From Phoronis australis (lineage: Eukaryota; Animalia; Phoronida), in contig NMRA01000052.1 of assembly GCA_002633005.1 (NCBI GenBank), positions 672,722 to 736,721 of the forward strand: 64,000 nucleotides of DNA, read 5' to 3'. Positions 25,801 to 39,133 of this stretch are shown one piece after another. Position 1 is the first letter of the stretch. Every line of letters begins with the position of its first letter. Made by a program: the position numbers and the translations under genes. The notes under the pieces are model-generated. The model was not told the origin of the DNA and ran no database searches. It worked only from the letters and a program-made list of their open reading frames with translations.

Positions 25801-28003
25801 TAGTTTACTCAGGATTGGCTCAGTTTTGCCAAGGTTTACTTTGAAAATTCCTCATTTCACCTGGGCTTAAACAGTCGCCACAGACCTACTGCGCTTCTGA
25901 AGACAATTTTGACTCAAATATATTGGGGTTTATTCTCTGTCAACAGGGATTGGGGGCCCAAAGGCTCTAGATCTGTGTGTAGCCATGTTAACATTGCTGA
26001 AACATTGGATTACCGAAGGAGAAATGAATATCTTACTTCTGATTAGTATGTTAGACCTGTCCCCACACAGTGAGCAGTGATATTTTCGGATCGCAGTTTT
26101 GTCGATCAAAAAAGTCTCGAGCAGCAATGTTGTAGTTATATTCAATTGGGAGTGTTCTACAACTGACATTTGGCTAGAAAAAGGGTAAGGTTTCGATGCA
26201 TCTGTCATCTACTTAAATTGCATTGTCTAACATAAGCTTGCAGAAATAGTGAAGAGGACTTGTATACTTATGCTGATGATAATGCCATTTGTAGATTTTA
26301 CTACAGTGCCTTTGTGGTCTCGTTTTAACCTGTTATGGAATAGTCCACGTCGCTGGAAAATTCAAAGAAATAAAGTCAACAGCAAATGTAGAGAACAAGT
26401 GAGTAATTATCTCCAGCGTATCAACTAAATGGTCGTTCTCTAGAGAACTAGGGCATTGGTTGCCTGCTTTACTTTGGGAGTTCCACTTCACACTTTAATA
26501 GGTTGTTTAGAGAGTCTTAACCCATCATTTAGCTAGACAGTATGGTCAGGAGGTACACCATAGAACAGGTGAATCGTATTTGCCACTGGTAAAAAATCTC
26601 TACGAAAAAGGTGCCTTTTCCAACAAAATTCCTTACATGAGGGTTCAATAGGTGTTCAAAACTACAAACCGGTTCCTTTTTTCCTACTGATTCAAAAGGA
26701 ATGATGTACTCATTTTTGCCGACATAACATTTCTTCTTGTACTGTTTGGGGCTTAACGGGGCATTTTTTAAGCAAAACTCTATGAAAGGTATTTTTATGG
26801 AAACTCCCTGTAAATGAATCTCCTTTTTTTACTACACCCTCTAAAATCTAAATGGTCGAATAGCCCAATTTTTCAGCCACATCCCAGGTCTTGTCGAGCA
26901 AAAAAGAGAGATTTAAAAAACACAACCACGTGTCCAGGTACTACTTCGTGCACGTTTCTTTGCTCACCAAGGGTTTTAAAAATTTATGGTTTCATAGGTA
27001 AAATCCGTATCTTGAACTATAAATTTGGTTCCTACAGCATGTTAAGAGCATTGCTCCGAGACCGTAAGTGCTATAAATTGTCAAATGTGACAAACTGTTT
27101 GACGTACTGGCAAGAATCACCAGCTGCGAACAACAGCCACTCGCAATGGTGTTCTATTTATACCCCTATTCAATACAGTCAACTGTAATTGGCCTTTTGT
27201 CGTTTGTGCTGGGATCTCGCGGTGACGCAGTATGGTCCATAAAGACAGCTTCACCTATCATTTGACCAACCTACATTTGTGTGATTAAACTCGCGTTTTC
27301 TTATTTTGCTAAGACATTGCTAGGACTACATGGTTAGCCCAACCCATCTAAAATAACAAAATTCCATTGAAGTTAAGCTTTAATGCGATTCTTTGTGATC
27401 GTGGACACCAAGTTTTGACAGTCATTGATGAAGGTAAATTTCTTTACAAGTCTAGACAGCTTTAGTTGGCCACTCATTCAGTTATAATCCAATGGTTGCA
27501 GATATTATTGAACTTTGTGTGATATGTAATTGTGCTGTTATTTAAATCAACACGTTGATACGGTATTAAGTAAGAGTTGTTGGTCTCCTTACACCCATAT
27601 ATTGGTCACGTCACGTGACTTATTGTTAAACCTGATAAGATCTTCACCTCAACCGGAGCTCAAGCGTGGGACATTCTGCTAACCTTGCAGATTCTCTCGT
27701 CCACTGAGCTGTTGGGATGTGACCAACTTGCGGTGGGCAAGAAGACTTGATTTTTTTCTTTTGTACGAGTATACCATCTTGTTATGCAAGCACCGTTGTA
27801 AAGAACACTGGTCACGATGTAACATTTTCGAGCCAAGTTACTGTGGATGTTTTTTTTTCACAACGGGGGCTATTTCAAGAATGACGACGCAATGAAATTG
27901 TACTTAACTGTTCTGGGTGTTTTACAGGACATGGGAAAATCTTAGCAATCGATTGTCTTTCTACACATTTAACCACAGAGGACAAGTCTTCCATGGACGA
28001 TAA
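22813..28003 (+). CDS. MMGT1: ER membrane protein complex subunit 5 / membrane magnesium transporter 1, 103 aa, 4 exons
   Basis: Exons 22813-22891 (MADSVDKMCVGFGLIILLHAAYSAAQ), 25743-25795 (HRSYLRLTEQEFHHLPLD), 26295-26398 (ILLQCLCGLVLTCYGIVHVAGKFKEIK..), 27928-28003 (TWENLSNRLSFYTFNHRGQVFHGR*). LLHAAYSAAQHRSYLRLTE and SFYTFNHRG are hallmark EMC5 motifs. Total 312 nt in frame. Confidence 0.96.
23555..24143. mobile_element. 589-bp palindromic MITE with 9-bp TSD (Mutator/MULE-like) in MMGT1 intron 1
   Basis: Long imperfect inverted arms centred near 23848; termini TAGGCAGTGACC...GATCACTGTCTA; exact direct repeat TGCTTGAAC at 23546-23554 and 24144-24152. Confidence 0.85.
24157..24334 (+). mobile_element. 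~178-bp MITE with TIR AATTGACCTATCGC
   Basis: Terminal inverted repeat; a reverse-complement copy lies at 42665-42842 sharing the core CCCGGCAACGTGTTGTTTG..GGCTTGGAAACGAAGGTGTGTCAAGAATG. Confidence 0.8.
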
Positions 28004-30800
28004 CGGCTGTTATTTGTGAAGGACTGCCAAGTTAATGTGCATTATTTATTTCCTCTCAATATTCTGTATTACTACTGTGTCGGAGTTATCTTATGCATTG
28101 CAACATGAAGACTTCTGAGACACTAGTATTTGGCGTTGGAGGAGAGAATGTCATGCGACTTCATGTTGGAACTAGTGTTGTCGAGTAAAAAACATTTTAG
28201 TATGCACTTGGCTCAGTTATTTGCCATATGCCAACAGAATGTTTTCTTATATTTGAGTAATGCATAATGAAAAGTGGGCTGCGTTATGTAAATTCAAGTC
28301 ACTAGTGTCGAGAAATCTTTGCAACTGGATGTCTCAAAATTTTCATGCTTTCAGAATTTCATTCATTAATTAAACATTCCAGCCTCGCTTACCAATCGGT
28401 TCAGTGGCTGCCATTTTGGTGGTGTACGATAGTAACTTCTCGAGTGTAGTCACAAAAGACTTGCCCGTCACTCTCGTGATTTTGTATCGTCTTAGTTTTC
28501 TGTCTTGCATCTACCGATGACACTCATGTACATAAAAGATGGAAAAAAGCAAGGAGCTCACTCAGTAGCCCACGGGAGGCTGTTCTTGACTTCCTCAGAG
28601 ACGCTTGTGTCAAATTAAGATGGACTGATTACATTTTACTGTGTTGAATTTTGGATATGTTAACCTTTTTAAAAACTGCATTTAGTGACAATAAACACAC
28701 ATCCATCGATTTTAGTAATGGATAAAATAACATATAAACAAGGCAACACTTACAACCATAATAAATTTTTATTCCAGCACTTTCAGTTCTATGAAAAGGA
28801 CACCAAATCCCTACTGACATCCTAAAAGGCCAATTACTCTGGAAATTTCCTTGCCATGCCATTAGCAAAACTAATTGAGACCACAAGCCACTGGTATGAA
28901 ACAGCTAACGTTTGGCTAAACTTAACAAAACTGATGGCTTTGTACACTCTACTTTTCACTTTCCATCTCAGAATGGATAATTTAGAGACAGTTTTGTTTA
29001 TAAAGAGAGTAACCTAGTTATAATTTCCATTTGAAATAGTGATAACCATGACGAAATGCCCATTCAAATTACTCAAAATTGCTCTAAAAATAATACTTTA
29101 TTGTGATGTGATAATAAAGACTGGACAGTTATGCGTGAAAATAGGTTAATACTGGAACTGCATTAGCTCTAAGTGACAGGGCCTGGAATTTTCCTCTTTT
29201 TAAGAGTATTTCCTCTTTTTTTGTTTCGATTTCCTCTGATTTGATTTCCACTTTCCTCTTTTTCGTCTCTTTTTTTATCATTATTTTTACTTTATCCATA
29301 CAAAAAATGCTTCTTGCAATTAAATTATACGACACAAAAATATTTCCATCACATAAGCCTATTTATTTGAAGAACGCTATGTCACCTGGAAATTTTTCCT
29401 CTTTTACCATTGGTCATTCCAAGCACCGTTACACCCAAGTATGCTGGGGTGTTAGCTTACAGAAAGAACTCTACTACAAGCAAACTCGACTGCTGAGCAA
29501 TGTGACATAAGATATTTGCCACGGTTCACATGCTAAGAGTACTCCAAGTATGTGAGGTCAAAGAAGCTCATGGAAATATGAACCATGTAGTGCTGGGAAG
29601 AGCTGACAGCCTCACTTACTTAGCTAATGTTCCCCAACCATGCTACTGAGAAACCACATCAAATTAATTCGGGGTAGGCAATCATCCTTTCTTACAGCCC
29701 ACTCAAACCTTTTCATTCACCATCAGTAATCCTTTTCAAACGAGTCATAATTCAGTTCTTAGATAGTCCACTTTTTTCTCATTAACCACTTTTCGTTTCC
29801 CACCTGACAGAAGGCACGAGTTGCACCAGCTTAATAACAAATCTGAAGGACGTCCTTGGTACAGTGTATCAAATTTGCCAGTACTCTACAACTCGGAATA
29901 TGATGCAGTTTAAGAGAAAAGATTGTACTTCTAAGAACAGAATCGCACCACATAAGAACTGAAGCTTAGCAGAAATATTGTCTACATTGAAATTTATGAC
30001 ATCATAGCTGAAAATATATTTTCAAACAAATTGACCTTTTGTCTCTCAGAAAATCATGGTTCCCACTCTTCTCTTTAGTGTTACTTTCTATGAATTTCAA
30101 AAAAGTTGCTGTCTTTGGTTTCCAAGTTTTTTTCAGACACAAAAGGACACTTCTTAGTAATTTTTGTTATTAAATTATTGCCAAGTATAAGTTAATGTAT
30201 GAATTAGAAATGCAACTCGAAAAGTGATGGTTTTTAATTTTACATGAGTTTACTGTTTGGCAACTGACAATACTAGTTTCACTAGTAAAAATGCAGCAGA
30301 CACATAGATTTTCTTATGAAACATTGTAAGATACTAGCTCAGAGCTTGCGTTATAAAATGCACCAAGACAGCCTGTTATGCAGCTTATAATTTAGGATTT
30401 ACCAGACTTTCAATGCATTTTCAGAACATAAATTATGCGCAGAATGTACAATAATGGAAATATTCCCGCAGAAAACCGCTACACTGGTGTGTACCTGTTT
30501 GACAATATGCAATATGATATGGCTTCAGAAACACCAGATGGCACAGCTGCACCATAACTACAACTATTCCCACAAATGAAGGCTACAACTATGATTTCGC
30601 CCGATCAACTGCATGTCCACCTTGTACATGACAAGTCTTGATAAAAAGCAACATTCCCATTGATTTATTAAAAGAATGACAAACTCGACATGATTGTGTT
30701 GTCTTAGAGGTAAAGAGATATCGTATTCTCTCGAATCGGAACGTCTTTCCTTGCACGCCTTTGCTGTCCAGCACCCTGTTCTGCGACTAGCATTACGCCG

Positions 30801-33800
30801 TTAGTAGATCTTCTTCAGTTGTTCATAAGATACAAAGAACTGAAAGGTAGTTAAGGAACATTTGGAAAGACGGAGTACAACAAAATCACACCACAAAAAC
30901 CGCCATTTTATATAGTCACCATATAAGTTTTCAGAATAATTTAAAACTCCCATCTATCAAAGCTCAGGGACTGATACAAATCGGACTGATCAAAACAGAC
31001 AACCAACCAGGCTTATCGTGAGGCAAGTTACAAGACAGACCTATCAATCCATCCATCTATTCTGGCCACGTTACAACTATACTCAGCCTCGAGTAAAACC
31101 TGAACAAGAACTGCAATATGGCAAGATAACTGGCGCAACGCATGACTGACACATCTCGACAAAGCAGGCCAGTAAAAAAGAAACAATTTCTCAGGCAGGC
31201 ACAGAAATTTTGAACTTCCTCGAACTCTACGCTTCTATCTCCATCATTTTTGTCCCTTCCCCCGGCTGTCCGCAACAGCTAATTTTGCCAACTCTCGCCC
31301 CATGAATTGACTGTTTGATTGCCATACAAACTGGCAAGTATTGTAATGAGATGTAAATTTCACACAGCACTACAAATTACAGGGGAGCACATGCTTCACC
31401 CAGTCCACTCCCTATGGCCACGCAAAGCCTGTAAGAAGAGAAAGTCGCCAGGTGGCCTGATCCCTTTTGCAGTTCACCAAGCATGCTTATGTCAAAAGGC
31501 TGGTACAGACTTGACGTGAATGCAAACATGGCAAACGCGACATGATAATTTTCCATTTATTTCGCTCAAAATTAATCTAATTGCCAAAATATTCAATTTT
31601 CCATGTTTCAAAGGCTGATTTACTGCAAATAATCGAAAGACAACCAAAATTGCTTCATGACATCTACACAGTACACACCATTCTAGTAACAGACTAAAAT
31701 TTTATTCATCTATATTTTTGTGAAGAAATTTCCAAAAATAAAATTTTCCTAGTCTGCCATATTGCGTGCCAAATAAGTGCAGAGTTACTGTATTGTTATT
31801 ATTATTATTACACCTTTTACAAAGGATACTAGAATATTCCATGGACCTAGTCGTACCCATGTGGGTATGAAACCTTTGTATAGAGCTAGAACACCTTCAT
31901 TTCTTACTGTCTGAAAAAGAACGCAGAACATTATTACGTTAGAGAATACAGCTACAAAACAAGTTAACACCGTCGAAAGGGCCACGTTATACCAAAACGT
32001 GATCCCAAAAAGCGTGAAAAAGCATGGTACAATCTGAATCTGAATAAGAATACCTCGGCGTCGCATTTGACGCCTGTTTTGGTCTAATATTTATTCAAGC
32101 AGAAAAAAACTTTAATCGGTACTGCCACAAGAAATAAATTGTTTACAAGTGCATTGTGACACTGATCTAGCAAACCTGCAGAACACAGTCCATGGATGAT
32201 GTGTATATTTTCGTGGAGCCGATGGTAGTAATGTCCATGGATGCTGATTTCACATTGCGCTGATTCATCATTCTTGTTTTCACAACATCTATGGGGGTAG
32301 AGGCTATGGCTCCAGCTAGACCAGCGATAAAACTGGCGCTAAAAATGTCAATAAAATGACACAGCTCTTACACACATCATGGCTAGTTGGGATGTAAATT
32401 CAAATTAAATTATTATAAAATGCTTAAAATCACCAGTTACATATCAAAAACATCGAAAAACAACCCCACCAGTCAATCAAATGACGCATTAGAATCTCTG
32501 CAGACAATAGCTGATATGTAAATTAGTTGATTTTGAGTTATGAACATTCATTGATCTTTCTAAATTGCGGCAAAAGAGAGAACAAATCACAGCGTTAGTC
32601 GGCAGGGGAACAAGCTGGTTTCATGTCTAAACAATTAATTTTGTAATTACTGCTTCGGGATCTCAGATGCTGTGTGGCTTTAAGATATTCATCACACAAC
32701 TTTGCTTGCAATCAAGAGGATCACAAGTTACCAAATAAAAAGAATCTACAATACATGTTGTATTTGTGACTTAAATGTTGCCTGCACTTGTCAGAACTTA
32801 CACAAAGTGTGTGAAGATGTTGTCGTTCATATACCCTGAGCCAATGAGATGCTTCTTGCTTACATCGTATACTGGTAACTCGACACCGGCAATCACAGCT
32901 GCTCTCTGTGCTGTGGGCCCCACACCCTGGATAGTAAAAAAACACGATGACTGTATCTAATCTGGAACTTCTTTCCACATCTGTTTGGGTTAACGTCAAG
33001 CTTTGACAAAACATCCTTTCCCAGATTTTATGAAATTTCATTTTTCAGCAACCATACGTTGTGTTGCCATCAGTTTTTTGAAAGTACACCCCCTGATTTC
33101 TTTACCTTATCAATATAAACACCATGGGAATTAACCCAAACAGATACGGTAGTTCTGAATCACAAAATTATGATGTAACTATCATGGAGCCCATCTTCTG
33201 GACACCACCATGGCTAATGATGATAGTATGTCGAAACATCACATATTTGATGTCTGAAACGGAGGAAAACAACATGTAGAAAAACAATAGTTTGAAAACC
33301 AGTTCACTTTTTAATAAGTGTGATCTCTCATCAGAGACGTGCTTCATCAGGCTGGTATGATTTTAAGCTACACTCGAGCAATTTTCTATCGACCAGAGTT
33401 CTCAGGCTAAGCACAAATGTTGAATGGAGCATGGTATGAAAACGTGCAGGCAAAAATTAAGTCTACAACAGGCTGGTAACAATAATTTTGGTCTGAACTA
33501 AAACAACATAAGCTTTACGCAAAAGTTATATGTACAATTATGCTTCATATTGACTTTCTTCATTAGAGTAAGAACTGGGAAAGATTCTGCAAAAAAATCT
33601 GCAAGAGACTCACATGAAGGGGCCGTACATGATCAATGTTATGTAACTGTGTAATGACCAAGTTTGAGCCACTCCATATGACACAAAATATTAATAACTT
33701 ACTCTCCAAAGCCCACGGACACCTTCTTGCTTATAAATATCTAGGAAAGATGACAACATCCCTTTTTGAACAAAGTTTTCATTCCTTGCTTGCATCCGAA

Positions 33801-36800
33801 CCTGAAATGACAGAACTAAAGTGTATAGTACAGTGTCCGTTGAACTGTTATAATTGTATTAATACTTAATAACAATAAAACCACATCTGGTTCACATATT
33901 CCTTTACATGCAAGCCGTTCAGTTGCTTTTATTTTTGAAATTTAAATACAGTGCTGAAATATTGGAAAAACTGGGATTGGATGATTTTGAAAACAACATG
34001 GCAACTTTTGCACACACACACCTTGAGGACATCTGTTGGATTGGCAATAGAACTAGAGATGACACCAGCTACAATGCCACATGCTACGCTCCCGTGCAGA
34101 GATTCATCTGTGTATCAAACAAGAAATAGCATCACAACAACAGTGCAACTTACAATAGCTTATCACTTGCAAGTATAAACTCTTTACAGTCTTTACCAGA
34201 TTTTTTGAGTCTTCTCCAAGTTTAATCAAATGAACTTAAATAGTTGTCCACACCTCGCAGCCACCGACAATGTGGAAAGCAGGTTTTTACGTTACTTAGA
34301 CTTCATGCAACCTAAGAATCAGCAGATCAAAGATGCCAACACACTGCTTGCAGCAAGGGAGCAATCAAACACGAGTAACAAAATTGCAAGTGTATCGGCT
34401 TAACGGGTACCAAGTACCAACTTGAAATGCTCAAGCATGACAGTACAAATGTAATTCGTGATTTAATTCAAGATTTAAAAACATGCATTATACAGTGGAT
34501 GAAGACCGCTTATTGTCATAGCCTCGGATTTGCCGTAAATTATGATAATAAGCGGGATGTTCCGTTAAACGAGTTCTGGCTTGGCACCAATCGTAACCAC
34601 TCTTATAGGCTGGTCATACCGTGGGGAAAGTATGAGACTACGGAGCAAGACAGCTGAACAGGAAACGATTGATTTTTATCCCCAGCGCCAAGTTTCGATC
34701 GAGCAAAAATGAATTTAAGTTTGTTAGATGGAAAAGCTATGGTGCGCACACTTATAAGCAGGTGAGTATGAATTTTGCCGATTTTTCAAATAACACTATC
34801 TCGGAATATGACATCATGACATTATCCAGGTTTTTTGGATGGGTTTAATGAGAAATGGTTCACTTTTTTGACATTTCATGACAATTACCGGGATATTCTG
34901 TTAACCGGTATGACATTAAGTGAGCTCACTTTACACGCAGGTGATCCAACTCCCTCTTTTACTATCGAACTCGCATCAATTAAAGTTCATCTTTTATCCA
35001 TTATTAATCATTTTGTGAAGTTCACACTGGGTGAACGTCTGCCAAAATTTATCTTCCTTTGTTTTCTTAGAAATTGAATGAGTCTCACCTTGAGGTCTGG
35101 GCATAATAATCTTTTTCATTGAATAGTAAATGCCTATTTTGATCGTTCCATACGTTGCCTGGCGCAGTAGAGCTGGAGAAAGTCTACAATAAACTTTTGA
35201 AGTATACACACAATCATTCGCATGTAGTGAGCAGTGGCTGCGTCTGAAAGTGAAACTTTATGGCATTTGAAAAGAAACTTATGGTAAAAATCTCAAGGGT
35301 CAATAAAACTATTCCTTCACTATCCACAATGCAAAAACCTTACAAAAAATTCGGAACTGACACTAAAGGTGGCACTAAATGTACTGTCCCTCGCAAAAAA
35401 AAAAACTTACTCAGATTCCCCACTGTTATGAAATTGGACTCAAATTGGACGTATTAAAAGTTACTTCACGGCTTCAAAAGTACTGACTATTTGTTACTGC
35501 AAGAGACCATGCTCCACAGTTTGGCTTGTCCCGCCGTGTCATTTTATGCACCAACCATGGTCTCAAGGAATAATGAACCGCCAGTTCTTTACAAGCAAAA
35601 ATATCACTTCTCATCTAAATAAGTTCAAACCAATTTTATAACAGTCTAAATCAAAAGTTTGATTCTTTAAGAGAAGGTTGATTTATACCAGCTTCAACAC
35701 ACACCTTTAAAAATTTGCAGGTGCAGGTTATTTATCAGCAACATTTCCCCAATATCAATCGTTCATCAGAAAAACATGGACCAGGCATCATAAAACTTGG
35801 TTAAGTTAAAAAATAAAATCGGCAGTAAGGGGCACTGGAACAAAGGATCGATCCTATGAAATGTCATGAAGATGGACCCAGGAACTTATAGGTGCAGAAA
35901 AAAAATGGAATTTTTTGATTGGGTTAGACGATCATGCCTTTTTAGTAAAATTTAGAAAAACAACTGTATCAATAAAATGACCAAATTTTGTAAATGATAT
36001 AAATGTCCAAGATGAAATTTAACAAACTGCTGTTACAGTTTTTTAAGTGATCATTTCAATTTCGTTTGATAAAATTCCTATTTTTGGTAGCACCTCAAGC
36101 AAAAGTGGAGCAATTTAAAACCAATTCCTAAGAACGTTTCGGAGAATAGTACATAAAGCATACCTGCCAACCTATTTTTGTTGAAAAGAGGTAGGCTTGC
36201 AAACAGCTGCGAGTGTGCATATCTAGGGGCATTTCTCCAGAAAATTTTGGAAAAAATGAAGCAAAATGGTGGAATCTCCTTCATTTCAAGATTTAGACCC
36301 ACAGTTTGTTGAAAAATAAAAACAAAATTTTGCAGCAACAAGATCGCTTAAATACATTATATGTCGCCAATTTTGCTTTCTTTAAAAGCATTTCACTGGG
36401 CTTCCAACAACAATTTTCTGGTGTGGTAGGTCTGACTAGTGAATGCGGTATACGTTAGGAGTGATGAAAAATCAGAAGGCTACCGCCTAAATCGGTTAGG
36501 GTTGGCAGGTTTGCGTAAAGCATATCTGAAAGTTTTATGCCGCAGTTGTTTCTAAGATATGAAGGTCTGGTCCAAAGTAACCTTAAGCTAAGGCGGTAGC
36601 GTACACAGCAGTTATGACTTACATACCCAGAGTACAGAGCTCTTACTCCCTCGTCTTTAAATATCCTGAACAAGGCGTGCGACATTCCACGATACTTCAG
36701 GCTGGTGTGCTGAGCATCGATCTTCTGGCCTTGAATTTGAAGTCTTGTCTTAGCTAGATCAATGGGGAACGTGCCTGTGGATATTAAAGTGATTGTCAAA

Positions 36801-37102
36801 CTCAGATGATAAAAGCTGACCGCCCAAAGCAAACGGCAAGTTGCAATGTAAGCAAGAGTGGATCTGCGCGTATATAGGGCAAGACAAAGTACCCCAGTGA
36901 ACTGAACTGCCTGCAGGTACAAAGGCAGCCATTAGTAGCTTCTAACATTTCTTTGATACGCACAAGCAATTGTGTTTGATCGAGTCTGTCTAAGAGCACC
37001 GTCATGACAGCGAGTAAAGAGACATTAACAGTGACCTAACATACCACATTCTGCAGCCATAGACGCTAACCCTCCGTAAACAAAAGGTCTCCAGTCTCCC
37101 AT
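30801..37102 (-). CDS. SLC25A30: Mitochondrial carrier KMCP1/UCP5-like (SLC25A30/SLC25A14 co-orthologue), 297 aa, 9 coding exons
   Basis: Exons (-): 37045-37102 ([19 protein letters not shown]), 36627-36774 ([20 protein letters not shown]..), 35089-35183 ([17 protein letters not shown]), 34022-34107 (..IANPTDVLK), 33703-33801, 32802-32926 ([21 protein letters not shown]), 32176-32338 (..[14 protein letters not shown]), 31830-31910 (..[15 protein letters not shown]), 30801-30839 ([12 protein letters not shown]). Three PxDxxK carrier signatures; 894 nt in frame. An acceptor 2 nt before the ATG implies an upstream non-coding exon. Confidence 0.94.
30840..31829 (-). other. U12-type (minor spliceosome) GT-AG intron, last intron of the SLC25A30-like gene
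   Basis: The 5' splice site reads GTATCCTTT (minus strand, from 31829) and the branch site TTCCTTAAC lies at 30850-30858, about 10 nt from the 3' AG at 30840-30841. Both match the U12 consensus exactly. Confidence 0.93.
34493..34931. mobile_element. Tc1/mariner (Tigger/pogo-like) MITE
   Basis: TA|CAGTGG..CCGCTTATTGTCATA at the left end and TATGACATTAAGTGAGCTCACTT|TA at the right: imperfect TIR with TA flanks. Confidence 0.55.
36159..36513. mobile_element. Non-autonomous DNA transposon (hAT/P-like) with TIR CATACCTGCCAACC
   Basis: CATACCTGCCAACC...GGTTGGCAGGTTTG, with flanks CATAAAG and CGTAAAG as a probable TSD. Confidence 0.65.
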
Positions 37103-37811
37103 CTCTGCAAGAAAAAATACAAAAAAGTTCCATCAACTTCCATGGCACTGGCAATCCATTATTCATGCACATGTTCTCCACCATCTGGTTTCCATCGTCA
37201 TGGTAACTGAGTTTGGAGCTAATGTGTCGGGGGAGGGCCATGCCCAAAAAAACTTAGTGCAAAGCTCTATACTAAACATACAGCTTTGCGGCAATGTGGT
37301 TAAAAACTGGCTAAATAAAATCTGAAAAAATTAGTGTCAGTGGCGGATCTAGGATACCATAAGGGGGGGTCAACATCCTTGGGTAATTGGGCAAAGCGTG
37401 ATTGCATGTGCACACAGGCCGCCCCAAACATGCGGGGGCCGAGGAATATAGACCCTCTGTTCGGAAAATCGTTTGGACTAAAAAAAACGACGTGTTTTTC
37501 CCCTTCGTCCGCTACCGGTTTTAGCTCTTGAACTCAATATTTCCTCACGCTTCAAGCTGTATTGCTATTGTTTCATTTTCCTTGCGGCAGCCAAGGAGGG
37601 GGAAACCGGGCACCCCTTAAATCTGCCTATGATAATGTATTGAGGACGATTAGAAAATAAGGTCACGCCTGTGATTTCATGATGAGGTGGCAAGCAGAAT
37701 TACTTGAGCTGTGTGAAATTTTGAGGTCTACCGGAGCTCAACACACAGTGGTACCTAGCTGTGTTTTGACAATGGTCTTCATACTGCTTGCTGACTGGCT
37801 ATGCTGTGCCT

Positions 37812-38292
37812 GAACAGTGACCACCATCTCTAGCTGGCAAGTAGAGATCGTGAAGCTCCCATGACTGGCTATAGGAACCAGAAGCTTTTCGGCGAATTAT
37901 GCCTCACACTGATTAAAACATCAAAGTCACATTGTTATAAGTACCTTTAACGCATTGAGGGACACCTAAAGAGGCTGTCAACTCGAACAAATACTCCCGT
38001 TGTCAAACCTTTTTTTCGAAAAGTCATTCGTTCAATTCCCAAAATCAGAAATTGGCTAATTTTACATGTAGTGCACGCCAGGGGATATGACGTCAAAATA
38101 CCTGCCTCGCGCAGTGTTAAAAATGGTCAGTTGCTGATTTGGGCAACTGAAGGAAAGACTGCTCGAAGAAAAGGTTTTATGATTATGAAAGTATTTGTTT
38201 GAGTTGGAAGGAATTAGAGGATCGACGGTCTCCTAGTCTAAAGGTGTCCTCCTATGCGCAAAAGGTGCCACAACTCTTTTCGCCGAAAAGCT
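37812..38292. mobile_element. Second, partly deleted copy of the 23555-24143 MITE family (a further fragment lies at about 23240-23450)
   Basis: Shares blocks such as GCGAATTATGCCTCACACTGATTAAAACATCAAAGTCAC, GAGGGACACCT, GCCAGGGGATATGACG and GAGTTGGAAGGAATTA. Confidence 0.8.
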
Positions 38293-38675
38293 ATAGACAA
38301 GCCCATGAGATACTACACGCACGCAACCAGGGGGGGTTCGAACAAGCCTCCCCCATTTGGTGAAGTGGGCATGGCCATAAAGGTCTGCCTCAGAGAAACA
38401 AAAACCCTGCAAAAACTAGAAAACGAGACACAAGTCCACTAAATTTAAAAAAGGGAAGAACTATCAAAATTTGATGAATGCCCAATTCACAACTCTGAAC
38501 GTACCCCATGAATCTAAATAAAAGGCACACTTTGTCAAAATTCGAGTTTCCTATTTTTTGGCTGGGTACGCGCATGTGCCTGTGGGCTTGGTAGAGACGG
38601 TGGTCAATCTGTGTATGACTATTCTGTCAATAGCCGTATTGTCATTGGCTTGCTGTGCCTTGGATGTGGTTCAAG

Positions 38676-38798
38676 CACAGGCGACCTCAGCTTCTGATCG
38701 TCCCAAATACACTATATGTAATACTACAAGTATATACAGTGTATTGGGGACGATCAGCTAAGCCTGGCCCTGAGGTCGTGAGCCTGAGGACGACTGTG
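38676..38798. mobile_element. Short MITE of the same family as the 39489-40175 foldback element
   Basis: Starts CACAGGCGACCTCAGCTTCTGATCGTCCCAAATACACTA (about 55 bp nearly identical to the large element's end) and ends CTGAGGACGACTGTG. GTTCAAG occurs on both flanks. Confidence 0.8.
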
Positions 38799-38992
38799 GC
38801 CGTTCAAGCAGCGAACTTGAACTCCCGTTTGTGAGCCCATTGAATAGTTCCAAGCCAAAGGAACAGGATTTTTGTCTGAAACGCTGTAGGTATTGTGACA
38901 ATTTACCTTTTTTTTCTTTACTGAGTCAATACATATTAGGAACAACCATTAAAAACAAATCCAAGTCGAGGACTTGCAATCGACATTCGTAC

Positions 38993-39133
38993 CTCCGTCT
39001 CGTGTCAGCTGGCCACACTTCCTGCTGAGCTTGCGCGTTACGGTTTTCACATACTTCCTTTTTAATGTGACGGCGATTCTCGTAGGAGTACATTGGTTAC
39101 CCTCTTGGATTAATCCACTAACATCTGAAAATC
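38993..39133. promoter_or_regulatory. Putative compact bidirectional promoter of SLC25A30 (non-coding exon 1) and TCTP, with a TCT/5'TOP-like initiator
   Basis: Candidate minus-strand donor GAG|GTACGA at 38991-38992; ETS-like ACTTCC cores at about 39017 and 39053; pyrimidine tract CTTCCTTTTT at 39054-39063, about 75 nt upstream of the TCTP ATG. TSS positions are inferred. Confidence 0.55.
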
